Below are positions 9,504 to 18,793 of a stretch of 64,000 nucleotides of DNA, one piece after another; the first letter of the stretch is position 1, and every line of letters begins with the position of its first letter. This DNA comes from a virus: IMG/VR virus record IMGVR_UViG_3300006310_000001, one strand, 5' to 3'. A program made the position numbers and the translations under genes. The notes beneath the pieces are model-generated. The model was not told the origin of the DNA, ran no database searches, and was given only the letters and a program-made list of their open reading frames with translations.

Positions 9504-11056
9504 TTGTAATAATTCTCCAATAGAAAGTGGTAATAACTTGGAAACTTTTCAACTTCCTTTTTCCATTTTTCTTTACGTTCATCTAGTTTCTTTATGTATG
9601 GTTTCATAAATTCTTTTATATATTTCTCACTCTTATGTGTTAGATTTATCATATTAGGTAAATCAGTTGGTGCCCAATTGAAACCAGCCGCTATATAATG
9701 TAATCCATATTTACCTGGCGTAAGAGCAGGATCAACAGGAAACTCCGAATTAAGATTTCTTTGTAAAGCAGCTTGTAAATATCCAAGCATAATTTTAGGT
9801 TTAAAATTAGATAAACTTTCTTCCCATACTGTTTCGTTATTTGCTTTCCAATATGGTGTATCATTTCTTGTTGATAATGCATAATGCAACCCAACAAATT
9901 CAGCAAATCCATAATAGATAGATTTACAAGAAAATGTGAAGTTGTCTTTATCCCATTGTGTAATTTCACCTCTTCTTAAATTTCTTACCAACATCATTAA
10001 AAATTCGTGTACTGAAAACAAACCATTACTTTCTAATGGTTCAATAAATCCAGCAGATAGTCCTATAGCAACAACATTTTTTACAAATAATCTTTCGTGT
10101 GTACCAGTTCTCATTTTAATATTTCTAAATTCGTGTTCTTCATTACCAAACCCAGGTCGTACACCTGCTAAATGATTTTTAAATTCTTTTAAAGCAGTTT
10201 CATCATCTACAAATTTATCTGAATAAACATAACCTGTACCAACTCTACTCCACAATGGTATATTCCATACCCAACCGTTCTCTATTGCTGTGCAATTGGT
10301 AAACGCTTCTATTTCTTTTTCTTTATCAACATAAGGAATCTTTGTTACCCACGCTTTATTATTTGGTAGATTTTGTAAAGGTTCAAAAGATTCTTTTAAT
10401 GCACCACCTAAAAGCATTGATTTAAAACCTGTACAATCAACATATAAATCTGCTGTATGTTTGTTTAAAGAAACAATACCATTTTCATCTTGTTTAATAT
10501 CTTTTATATCTTCTTGAATATATTTGACACCTCTAGGGATACAATAATTAACCTTCAACCATATACCAAATTTAATTGCGTCAAACTGATAAGCAGAATC
10601 ACGGTCAACTTTAAAATCGTAAAAATTATAAGTACCCTTACGTTGATTAATTAATGCCATATTAGGAGCAAAACTATCAGCATAATCTGAAACAGGTGTT
10701 TCTGGATTAAATGCCTTTTTCATCCACCAATCATTATAATTTAATTTAGTTCCTTGTATGTCAACTGAACCAAAAGGATAGTGAAATGCCGCCTCATCTT
10801 TTCCATTAAAGTCTGTAAACTTAATACTAAATTTAAGAGTGCCATCTGTTTCTGCTAAAAATTCTTTATCATTAATGTCTAAAAATTTTGTCCATTGTCT
10901 AATTTTTTGTATTGTACTTTCACCAACTGATATTGTTGGAACGTTAGGTGATTCTATTACTGTTATATCTTTGTTGGGAAATGCTCTAACTAAAGTAGCA
11001 GCCGTCATCCAGCCAGCAGAACCTCCACCCACTATCAAAATCTTATCACACTTCAT
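9500..11056 (-). CDS. Flavin-dependent (tryptophan-type) halogenase
   Basis: GGGSAGW FAD motif, VGEST, KFSIKF, DCTGF, WxWxIP halogenase motif (GWVWNIP), FIEPLES. Confidence 0.85.
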   Translation of the reverse strand: MKCDKILIVGGGSAGWMTAATLVRAFPNKDITVIESPNVPTISVGESTIQKIRQWTKFLDINDKEFLAETDGTLKFSIKFTDFNGKDEAAFHYPFGSVDIQGTKLNYNDWWMKKAFNPETPVSDYADSFAPNMALINQRKGTYNFYDFKVDRDSAYQFDAIKFGIWLKVNYCIPRGVKYIQEDIKDIKQDENGIVSLNKHTADLYVDCTGFKSMLLGGALKESFEPLQNLPNNKAWVTKIPYVDKEKEIEAFTNCTAIENGWVWNIPLWSRVGTGYVYSDKFVDDETALKEFKNHLAGVRPGFGNEEHEFRNIKMRTGTHERLFVKNVVAIGLSAGFIEPLESNGLFSVHEFLMMLVRNLRRGEITQWDKDNFTFSCKSIYYGFAEFVGLHYALSTRNDTPYWKANNETVWEESLSNFKPKIMLGYLQAALQRNLNSEFPVDPALTPGKYGLHYIAAGFNWAPTDLPNMINLTHKSEKYIKEFMKPYIKKLDERKEKWKKEVEKFPSYYHFLLENYYK

Positions 11057-11058
11057 AA

Positions 11059-11595
11059 TTATTTTTTTCTTTTATAAAAACTTTTAACTGGTTTCTTTTT
11101 TTTCTTAACTGGTTCTTCCGCTGGTATATTCTTTCGTAGAAATTCTGTAAATTGATTTTTAAACTCTCTATCTTCTCCAGGTTGCAAAGTCATATCATCA
11201 TAGTTTGCATTTTGAATCATACGGTGTTTAATAGTTGTTTGTTTCTTCTCTTTCTGTATTCTCCGTACAAAAGCATAGTAGATAATTTGTGTGAAATATG
11301 CAAAGGGATTGTTAGTTTTTTTAGGATTAAAATTGTCAAGATACTGTAAACAGTTTTCTATACCATCTGATATCATATCATCACGATAGGTATAATTTAT
11401 AAAATTTGGTCTATAAGATAAGTGATTCGCTATTTTCAAAAAACACTCACCAACATAGTCTGGTACAACTGGTTTATTTCGTTTTTCTCTTTTTGCTTTA
11501 TTAACAGACTTTCTATAGTCCACCATAGCGGCAAAAAATTCTTTATTATTTACGTAATGTTCTGGTTTTTTCTTTGTTCTTGTTGAATTCATCAT
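11059..11595 (-). CDS. gp55: T4-like late sigma factor
   Basis: HYVNNKEF, KIANHLSYRPNFINYTYRDDMISDGIENCLQY, NPFAYFTQIIYYAFVRRIQKEKKQ. Confidence 0.95.
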   Translation of the reverse strand: MMNSTRTKKKPEHYVNNKEFFAAMVDYRKSVNKAKREKRNKPVVPDYVGECFLKIANHLSYRPNFINYTYRDDMISDGIENCLQYLDNFNPKKTNNPFAYFTQIIYYAFVRRIQKEKKQTTIKHRMIQNANYDDMTLQPGEDREFKNQFTEFLRKNIPAEEPVKKKKKPVKSFYKRKK

Positions 11596-11601
11596 AATTA
11601 C

Positions 11602-11630
11602 ATATTACACCATTTTTTATATATTGTCAA
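11602..11630 (-). promoter_or_regulatory. Sigma70-type promoter of gp55
   Basis: TTGACA-17 bp-TAATAT with TG before the -10. Confidence 0.75.
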
Positions 11631-11644
11631 TGCTGAAACCAACA

Positions 11645-11672
11645 TTGACTTTTCCCAAATTTTGTGTATAAT
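11645..11672 (+). promoter_or_regulatory. Sigma70-type promoter facing antisense into the 142-aa gene and uvsW
   Basis: TTGACT-16 bp-TATAAT with TG extension; resembles the early promoters at 1627 and 4026; no downstream plus-strand gene. Confidence 0.6.
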
Positions 11673-11708
11673 GGACTATGTAGTCTGTTGGAGAACGCTC
11701 CAAGCACC

Positions 11709-12137
11709 CTAGTGGAGAGTTCTTTTCGTTGCCTTATCTTTAAAGATTTCATTTAACATTTCATTATCTTCTTCTGACAATTGTTCTCGTTGAAAGAACC
11801 CACCCTTGCCCTTTTTAGGTTGGTCTAATTTATCATAATCATTTGCCAGGTTTAAATAACTTTTTGACATATCTCCAGACGCCATAGTTATTGTCATTAT
11901 CTTATCTTTCGGAATAGTAACTACCTTATCTGGTGTATAATTAACCCATTTAATAAGAGCAATATAATCTCTTATTCCCATAGGTGTCATCTGTGGAATA
12001 TACTTAATCTGTAATGGTTTGCTGATTCGTAGCAAAGGAGATTTGTCTGGTAGTTGTTTCTCTCCAGCTGGTAAATGTGCAACAACATCATCACCATTAA
12101 CTAGTTTGATTATTCTTATGTCAGCTTTTACTTCCAT
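11709..12137 (-). CDS. Conserved T4-like phage hypothetical protein (Sm-like fold suspected)
   Basis: IRIIKLVNGDDVVA N-terminus; lies between uvsW and gp55. Confidence 0.6.
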   Translation of the reverse strand: MEVKADIRIIKLVNGDDVVAHLPAGEKQLPDKSPLLRISKPLQIKYIPQMTPMGIRDYIALIKWVNYTPDKVVTIPKDKIMTITMASGDMSKSYLNLANDYDKLDQPKKGKGGFFQREQLSEEDNEMLNEIFKDKATKRTLH

Positions 12138-13611
12138 TTTTCTCCAGTTCTATGTTGTGGATTTCATAGTCAAAATCTTCACTATTGTATATATTTATAC
12201 GCTCTCTAAAGTGTTGTAAAGTGTAATTTTCCTTTTCCCCATAGGAAAGGTCATCAGCAATGTCATATAACGTTGCGTGTGATTTGTTATCTTTTAATCT
12301 CAATCCTCTTCCAATAGATTGTAAATTTCTTATACGAGATTTACTAGGGCTACTAAAAACAATATTGTGTAGATTGCGGATATTAATACCAGTACTGAAC
12401 GTCCCATAAGAAGCGACAATAATCGCATTATCAGACTTCTCGGTAATTGCTCGGACTTGTTCTCGTTCATCAGCTTCCACTCCTCCGTGGATATAGAATA
12501 TAGGTCGGTCACCTGCCTTCTCTTTTATTAGTTCAAATAATAACTTACCGTGCTTTTCTACATACTGAAACAAGCATAAAGTGTTGCCGTGCAAATTAGT
12601 GACCAGATTTTTTATGTATTTATTTCTTTTAACATTTCTAACTAAAAAATCCATTTCTTCTTGGTATGTTTTATTTTTTAAGAATTCTCTTTGTACTTTA
12701 CTGTATTGTAATACTAAACAGAAAATTTTAAGTTTAGCTAGTTGTTCTTTGTCTTGGAGTTCAGTTGTTGTAGTGACTTTATTGACTGCACCAAACAGTC
12801 CTTCTAATACTAGTTTGTGTGTCTTACTATCATCTAGGGTACCTGTACAACCTACTTTATATTTACAATTAGTTAACTTCGTTAGTATTTTAGTTAATGA
12901 TATTGCTTTAAATAGATGTGCTTCGTCACCAATTATCATACCATAGTCGCTAAAATAGTTCTTTGATAGATTATAGATTGATTGCCAAGTAGATATGACT
13001 ACTCTTTTAGGTGTTATCTTACTATGTCCTTCATAGATTCTATGTACATTTTTTAAACTATCATAACCATAGTCTTTAAAATCTTTATATAGTTGTTCTA
13101 CTAGTGATGTGGTAGGTACTATAATTAATATCTTCTTATTTTTAGGTAGTCTTAATAGATTGAAACGTACTAATAGATATAGAATTAGTGATTTACCACT
13201 AGCAGTTGGAGATAGTAATAAACATCTATTCTTTCTGACAGCATATGTAAATGCCTTTTTTTGATAATCTCTTACGTCCATAGGAACTTTAAGAGCATTA
13301 ATAAACTTTTCTACTTTACTATCGTCAACTTTAGTATCTTCTATCTTTGATCCATCAACAACTTCTATTTCATTTTCTTTGCACCAGTTAAGTATATATG
13401 GATACAACCCAACATATATTTGACCAGTTGCATATGAAAATAATCTTATCTTACCGTCCCATACTCTATTACGAAATTGAGGCATAAAACGAAAACCAGG
13501 TACTTCAAAAGTAAAGTGTTGACCTAATTCTCTTCTAATAGAATCTTCTGCTTCTATCTTTAAATAGACATCATCCTTCTTGTCTATTACAAGATATCTT
13601 ACATTTTTCAT
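12121..13611 (-). CDS. uvsW: RNA-DNA/DNA helicase UvsW
   Basis: SPTASGKS, IVPTTSLVEQ, IGDEAH, GCTGT, SIGRGLR. Confidence 0.95.
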   Translation of the reverse strand: MKNVRYLVIDKKDDVYLKIEAEDSIRRELGQHFTFEVPGFRFMPQFRNRVWDGKIRLFSYATGQIYVGLYPYILNWCKENEIEVVDGSKIEDTKVDDSKVEKFINALKVPMDVRDYQKKAFTYAVRKNRCLLLSPTASGKSLILYLLVRFNLLRLPKNKKILIIVPTTSLVEQLYKDFKDYGYDSLKNVHRIYEGHSKITPKRVVISTWQSIYNLSKNYFSDYGMIIGDEAHLFKAISLTKILTKLTNCKYKVGCTGTLDDSKTHKLVLEGLFGAVNKVTTTTELQDKEQLAKLKIFCLVLQYSKVQREFLKNKTYQEEMDFLVRNVKRNKYIKNLVTNLHGNTLCLFQYVEKHGKLLFELIKEKAGDRPIFYIHGGVEADEREQVRAITEKSDNAIIVASYGTFSTGINIRNLHNIVFSSPSKSRIRNLQSIGRGLRLKDNKSHATLYDIADDLSYGEKENYTLQHFRERINIYNSEDFDYEIHNIELEKNGSKS

Positions 13612-14306
13612 ATTAACTTTAAATAGTTATCTTTGTATGGATTTTCTGCTAATAAATCAAATGCAATTGTTATTCTTTCTTTATCTGAATTGTGTATATC
13701 TGTATAGTGTGGTACATTATCTGGAAATATAGTCATTTTACCTACATCATTTTTACTACTATATGTCATAGGGTCATTAATTTGATTTATTGGATTGATA
13801 TAATGGGTAGATGTATCATCACATTGTACGCAAATATGACCTCCTAAATAACAGCTTGGTCCTATATTATGTAGATGAGGTTTTATTTGTTCTCCTTTTC
13901 TCATTATATTAGTCCAACATTGTATATACAATTCATTAGCAGGTGGTTGTTTAAAATATTTTAAAATGTGATTATGAAAACTTATTATGTTTCCTTTTAT
14001 ATGCTGTATATTTTCACCGTCCCATTTTAAAACATTATACTTATCAAATCTAGTTGTTGTACTATCCTTTTTTAGTCCTGTGTAAGCGTCACCTGATGTA
14101 GTTGATATAGGCAAACTTAATAGTTCTTTTTCTTTGCTTAAGATAAGTTTTGCTAACTCTTTAAAATCAATTTCAAATGCTTGAGTTTCAAATATTGTAT
14201 AATCATACTCGGGAGCAAAAAAAGTTCTTTTATCTTCACTTTTAAATTTTATTATATTAACTGCACCCATATTAAATGGCTCCTGATGTAAACTTCTTCC
14301 AATCAA
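13608..14306 (-). CDS. 2OG-Fe(II) oxygenase-like protein
   Basis: WTNIMRKGEQIKPHLH...FPDNVPHYT...RITIAFD; the true start may be the ATG at 14270. Confidence 0.7.
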   Translation of the reverse strand: MIGRSLHQEPFNMGAVNIIKFKSEDKRTFFAPEYDYTIFETQAFEIDFKELAKLILSKEKELLSLPISTTSGDAYTGLKKDSTTTRFDKYNVLKWDGENIQHIKGNIISFHNHILKYFKQPPANELYIQCWTNIMRKGEQIKPHLHNIGPSCYLGGHICVQCDDTSTHYINPINQINDPMTYSSKNDVGKMTIFPDNVPHYTDIHNSDKERITIAFDLLAENPYKDNYLKLI

Positions 14307-14700
14307 TTGCGTTCTTAATAGTAAATGTTCTGTTTGAAATTTGTCTAATACTTCTATCTAAAAAATCTACTACTGTAGTAAGGTAATCAACCTTTTGTTT
14401 TGCTTTAATAACTTCTTCATCTGAATCAATATACTTGTCAACATCTTGTCTTAATATTTTTAAGTTAAAAGGTTTTTCAACATAAACAGTAGAGTCTGCT
14501 TTACCTGTATAGTATTCCCATTTTGTTCTTTTAACTATATGTAATTCACTTTCGGCCCTACTTAACATTAACTTAAACTTGCTTAAGTGCTTCATATATT
14601 TGTTATGTATTTGTGGAGTTTTGATTGATTCTAAATCAAGTTCACTATCGTTAATCTTTAAATCTTTGTCTGCTAATTCTTGCAATTCTTCTAATGTCAT
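14272..14700 (-). CDS. uvsY: Recombination mediator UvsY
   Basis: DLESIKTPQIHNKY, KWEYYTGKA, IKNAIDWKKF; sits next to uvsW as in T4-like phages. Confidence 0.9.
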   Translation of the reverse strand: MTLEELQELADKDLKINDSELDLESIKTPQIHNKYMKHLSKFKLMLSRAESELHIVKRTKWEYYTGKADSTVYVEKPFNLKILRQDVDKYIDSDEEVIKAKQKVDYLTTVVDFLDRSIRQISNRTFTIKNAIDWKKFTSGAI

Positions 14701-14747
14701 AATCTCCTTATATACTATATCATACTATAATAAAAAAGTAAAGTTTG

Positions 14748-15374
14748 TTACGAAACCGTTACCGAAGTTTGTCCGCTTCCTTCTGCAAATTCATATATTT
14801 TGTACTGAAACGTAACTGTTGCTATTAAATAGTTGACATCTGTTTGTTGTTGGTTGTAATTCAATCCAGATAATGCTGTAGGAAATACATCACTAAATCT
14901 TACTTGAATATTTGTTGTATTTTTACTTGTTAATATACTTAATGTTGCGTCTGAATAAACGGCACCTGAATCTCCTGCACTAAATTTCTGTTTACCTGCG
15001 TCTGTTTCTTGATTCGCACCAGTAGATGTTGGAAATCTATCTGTACCACCACCTAATAGGTCTCTAAATTCTTTTCTATCTTTAGGAAAACCTAAACCAG
15101 TTAACCAACCGTGTACTTCTCTATAGTTTTCTAAATTTTCATCAACCATAAAATCCATAGATAGTGGACTATATGATAGTTTATCTCCAGGAATAGGTAT
15201 ATCTTTCAATGGTGTTTCTTGCGCCATATTACCTTCTAATGATATGCCTGGTAAGTTAACTGCTGTACAAAAGAATTCTACTTTAGGAAGTTTTGTAATA
15301 GTAAATTTAAACTGCGTTGGAGCAGCATAATCAAATTTAGTTGGTTGTCTTTTGTATGATTGTTTTATTGTCAT
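14748..15374 (-). CDS. gp3: Tail completion/tube terminator protein
   Basis: FKFTITKLPKVEFFCTAVNLPG, FMVDENLENY, SDATLSIL; follows gp23. Confidence 0.85.
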   Translation of the reverse strand: MTIKQSYKRQPTKFDYAAPTQFKFTITKLPKVEFFCTAVNLPGISLEGNMAQETPLKDIPIPGDKLSYSPLSMDFMVDENLENYREVHGWLTGLGFPKDRKEFRDLLGGGTDRFPTSTGANQETDAGKQKFSAGDSGAVYSDATLSILTSKNTTNIQVRFSDVFPTALSGLNYNQQQTDVNYLIATVTFQYKIYEFAEGSGQTSVTVS

Positions 15375-15379
15375 AATAC

Positions 15380-15387
15380 TATTTATA
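15380..15387 (-). promoter_or_regulatory. T4-type late promoter TATAAATA (gp3)
   Basis: Exact TATAAATA 5 nt upstream of the gp3 ATG. Confidence 0.8.
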
Positions 15388-15400
15388 AGTCATCTAGGCC

Positions 15401-15429
15401 AAAAAAAAGGGGAGTAAAAACTCCCCCTT
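15401..15429 (-). terminator. Rho-independent terminator after gp23
   Basis: GGGGAG/CTCCCC stem followed by T8 on the minus strand. Confidence 0.9.
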
Positions 15430-15465
15430 AATTCTGTTTGAAAAATGTTTTTCAAACCAATGAAA

Positions 15466-16806
15466 TTACATCAAGTTCGCAACTTGAACTTTTTGGTAAT
15501 ATCTGTTAGCGTTAGCACTTCCAGCGTCATTTACTGCTGTAGCAGCACCTGATTGAGCACCAGTTTCAGCGAATGGATTAGCAATTAAGCCATATCTAGT
15601 CTTGAATCCGATTTTCGGTTGGAAAGTGTCTTGACCAACTGCACGAACCATTTGTAAAGGAACATATGGGCAGTAAAAAATACCTGCGTCATATGGTGAT
15701 GTTCCTTTATATCCAACAACATAATACTGTTTAGCAGTACTGTTTGCTGAATAAGGATCAATGTATACTTTAAATCTACCGTTAAGAACACCTGCAAAAG
15801 TATTGCCTGTGTCATCAACATTTAGGTTGTTATTTAAAGCTGGAGTGTAATCTAATACACCTGCCATTTGAAGAGCAGAAGCTACATCAGATGAACAGAT
15901 AATTATATTACCTTTTCCTCTTCTGGTTCTTTGAGCGATTCTATTAGCATCACGTTCCAATTGGAACATTAAGCCTTTGAATCTTTCAACAGACCATCTA
16001 CCATTAGAGTCTGTATCTAGGTCAAAAATACCAGCAGTTGTTACGTTACCAGTTTGAGCACCTTTTTCTGAATTAATGTAAATAGTTCTTACAACTTCTC
16101 TATTAATTTCTGCTAAAATTTCAGCAGATAAGATGTTTGCAAGTTCTGTTTCAGCATCTAAACCGTGGATTGCTTTTAAATCTTGAGCAAGTTCCATAGT
16201 GTATTCAGCCTTTAGAGCTCTTGATTTAGCAGTTACAGTAGATTTCTCTATTGAGAAAGCCATTTCTGCAAATGCATTACCGCTAGCGTCGCCTAATGCT
16301 TCAGCTTTCGCTGTAGTCATAGCTGTTCCAGCTGTATATGTTCCAGGTGAACCGTCGTTTAAGACAGCTGGGTTTGCACCCGAGTGGTCAGTCGCTGAGT
16401 AGCCATCAACAGAAGATCCAGCAGCATTTCTGCCTGAAAAGTCTGTGTCTGCTTCGTCAAAGAATGATTCTCCGCCTGCTTGTGAAGTATATCTACTTCT
16501 CATTGCGAAAATTAGTCCTGTCGGACCAGTCATTGGTTGAACACCTGCGATATCGTATGCAATTAAATTCGGCATTGCTCTACGTACTAATGAAATTAGA
16601 ATTGGATCCCAATTCGCTACAGCACTACCTGTTGCGTTTGTTGGAGCCGCTTCTGCCAAGTAAGCAGAGTCTTCTTTAGAAGCTCTTTCTTGGTTTTCTA
16701 ATATCACGGATGTAACGGCACGTCTATAAGCATCAGTAATTTTTGGTAAATCAGGATGCTCTAGTACTGGCTGCCATTTTTTTTCGTGTGTTTCAGATAA
16801 GTACAT
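15466..16806 (-). CDS. gp23: Major capsid protein
   Basis: KKWQPVLEH, LISLVRRAMPNLIAYDIAGVQPMTGPTGLIFAMR, AELAQDLKAIHGLDAE, YCPYVPL, GFKTRYG. Confidence 0.97.
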   Translation of the reverse strand: MYLSETHEKKWQPVLEHPDLPKITDAYRRAVTSVILENQERASKEDSAYLAEAAPTNATGSAVANWDPILISLVRRAMPNLIAYDIAGVQPMTGPTGLIFAMRSRYTSQAGGESFFDEADTDFSGRNAAGSSVDGYSATDHSGANPAVLNDGSPGTYTAGTAMTTAKAEALGDASGNAFAEMAFSIEKSTVTAKSRALKAEYTMELAQDLKAIHGLDAETELANILSAEILAEINREVVRTIYINSEKGAQTGNVTTAGIFDLDTDSNGRWSVERFKGLMFQLERDANRIAQRTRRGKGNIIICSSDVASALQMAGVLDYTPALNNNLNVDDTGNTFAGVLNGRFKVYIDPYSANSTAKQYYVVGYKGTSPYDAGIFYCPYVPLQMVRAVGQDTFQPKIGFKTRYGLIANPFAETGAQSGAATAVNDAGSANANRYYQKVQVANLM

Positions 16807-16828
16807 ATGTGTTTATCTCCCTTTATAT

Positions 16829-18046
16829 TTACTTAATAGACAGTTTAATGTCTTTAGTTTTGCTTATAGCGGCGCTGTAAGCAGCCATAGAATTTGATAA
16901 ATCAGGATTAACTGATCCATCTGCCGCCACATCATCTAGGTTCTCTTTCGCTTCATTATTTTTCTTTCCAAAATAAGATTCTTTAACAGTTTCTAATTTC
17001 TTCTGATAGTCTTTTGCGTTAGAGTATTCAATTCCTTCGGCAAGTTTAGCAAACTTTTCTTTTGCTGTGTCAGCAAGGTCTTCAGAAACTTTAGTTTTGA
17101 TTTCATCTCTAACTTTAGTTCCAACTTCCTTATTTAACTCAACATTTTTTTGAATTTGCTCATTGAGGTCTTTTTCCAGTTTTTCAATTTTACCTGCTTG
17201 GTCTTCAAGCACATTATATTTTTCATCTGGTACATCAATGTAATGGTCTTCAAATAATTTTTTCAGACCATTGATAAAGTCTTCAGCAATTTCTCCTTTG
17301 ATACCTCGTTCAAGAGCGATTTCGTTTTCTTTCATCCACTCTTCAACAACATATGCTAAGTAAGAATCAACTTTTTCAGTTAATTCAGATTTTGCTTTAG
17401 CACTTTCTTGCTCAAATTTTTTGTTATAATCTGTTTCCAATTCTTCAGTAATTTCTTTTACTTTAGATTTGATAGCCGCTTCAAAAATAGTAGCAGCTTT
17501 AGCCTTAAACTCTTCGGTTAAGTCTTTTTCTCCAGCGATAAGAGCGTCAACGTGTTCTTTTACGTCAATCTCTTTTTTCTTTTCTTTGTCTTCGTCTTCT
17601 GTTCTTACTTCAGCGTCATCTTTTTTCTTATCGTCTTTCTTTTCGTCAGACTCTTTGACATCTTTTTTATCTTTTTTAGCGTCAATAGCTTTTTGAAGTG
17701 CTGGTGGTAAGTCGCCTTCCTTAATTTCTTTACCGTCTTTGTCTTTAGTTTCTTTATTCTCCAATTTAGTGTTGTGTCCACTCAATTTAGGCATTGCGTC
17801 AGCAGCGCCTTGTGATTTTTGAGGAGCTTGTCCAGAAACTTTTTTCATCTTTTTAGTTGCGTCAGGATTGCTGTCTGTAGGTTTAACTACTGCCTTACCT
17901 AAATCTTCATATTCACTCATTTTAGCAATATGAGAAGGTTCAGCCGCCACAGCATTCTTTTTAGGAGCATCCGCTTGAGGATTAGGTGAATTCGCCTCTT
18001 CCACTGCTTTTGCTTCTAACGCTTCTATTTTGTCTGTTTCAGCCAT
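16829..18046 (-). CDS. gp22: Prohead core scaffolding protein
   Basis: FKAKAATIFEAAI, YLAYVVEEWMKENE, LKKLFEDHYIDVP; lies between gp21 and gp23. Confidence 0.9.
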   Translation of the reverse strand: MAETDKIEALEAKAVEEANSPNPQADAPKKNAVAAEPSHIAKMSEYEDLGKAVVKPTDSNPDATKKMKKVSGQAPQKSQGAADAMPKLSGHNTKLENKETKDKDGKEIKEGDLPPALQKAIDAKKDKKDVKESDEKKDDKKKDDAEVRTEDEDKEKKKEIDVKEHVDALIAGEKDLTEEFKAKAATIFEAAIKSKVKEITEELETDYNKKFEQESAKAKSELTEKVDSYLAYVVEEWMKENEIALERGIKGEIAEDFINGLKKLFEDHYIDVPDEKYNVLEDQAGKIEKLEKDLNEQIQKNVELNKEVGTKVRDEIKTKVSEDLADTAKEKFAKLAEGIEYSNAKDYQKKLETVKESYFGKKNNEAKENLDDVAADGSVNPDLSNSMAAYSAAISKTKDIKLSIK

Positions 18047-18064
18047 TTGAAAACTCTCCTTAAT

Positions 18065-18084
18065 TAATTTAAACGTTTAAATTA
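18065..18084. repeat. Perfect 20-bp palindrome TAATTTAAACGTTTAAATTA directly upstream of the gp22 SD
   Basis: Read directly from the sequence. Confidence 0.8.
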
Positions 18085-18104
18085 GTTCTCTCTTTGTTAA
18101 TAGA

Positions 18105-18112
18105 TATTTATA
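18105..18112 (-). promoter_or_regulatory. Late promoter TATAAATA (gp22)
   Basis: Exact motif at the gp21 stop / intergenic junction. Confidence 0.8.
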
Positions 18113-18115
18113 AGA

Positions 18116-18763
18116 TTATAGATTTTCAATGAATTTTTTGAATACATCTGCCTTTGCTTCTGCTAAACGTAGTCTTTTTGCTTCATTTATGTACTGTTTC
18201 CACTCTTCAATATCTCTCTCTTTGATAACACCATTGTCCCATACCCACTCTTTGTTTTCCATAATACCTTCTACGAAAGCGTCTGGAGCACTCGGGTCTG
18301 CAACAATATCAGCGGCAGTTGCTAAGTAAAAATCTCTTCCTACTTCGTTAACTCCACCTCGTCCACGCACTAGTGATCCCATACCTCTTGAAGATACTCC
18401 TAATTGAGCACCTTCCTGAATAAGATTTTTAACAATCTTACCATATGGTGTGTCCATCACTTTTGCTTCACCAACAAAATTATGTCCATCAGGATGTAAG
18501 TCTGTTATCATATGACTTACTCTTTCAAGATTTACAACTGGTCCATCAGGATGTCCTAACTCGCCAAATGCACGTCTTTTATTGATAAATTCTCTATTGT
18601 ATCTTGAAACTTCTTTTTGCAATATCTCTTTAGGATAGACTCTGCCATTCCTATTTTTGATATCTGCTTGTAAAAAGATACCTTTAATTTTAAATTGTTT
18701 TTTGCCGCCAACTTCTTCTACAATAAACTTTGAATCGGCTGCTTCTTCTGTAATTAGTTTCAT
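18116..18763 (-). CDS. gp21: Prohead core protease
   Basis: GIFLQADIKNRNGRVYP, GELGHP, GVSSRGMGS, DIVADPSAPDAFV. Confidence 0.95.
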   Translation of the reverse strand: MKLITEEAADSKFIVEEVGGKKQFKIKGIFLQADIKNRNGRVYPKEILQKEVSRYNREFINKRRAFGELGHPDGPVVNLERVSHMITDLHPDGHNFVGEAKVMDTPYGKIVKNLIQEGAQLGVSSRGMGSLVRGRGGVNEVGRDFYLATAADIVADPSAPDAFVEGIMENKEWVWDNGVIKERDIEEWKQYINEAKRLRLAEAKADVFKKFIENL

Positions 18764-18778
18764 AGTTCTCTCTCTTAC

Positions 18779-18786
18779 TATTTATA
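18779..18786 (-). promoter_or_regulatory. Late promoter TATAAATA (gp21)
   Basis: Exact intergenic motif. Confidence 0.8.
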
Positions 18787-18793
18787 AGATTTT

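Noticed and set aside
14711-14747. Possible sigma70 promoter upstream of uvsY
   Set aside because: A TATGAT -10 is present but there is no -35 at the proper spacing; it may be a middle-type promoter, but I cannot support that.
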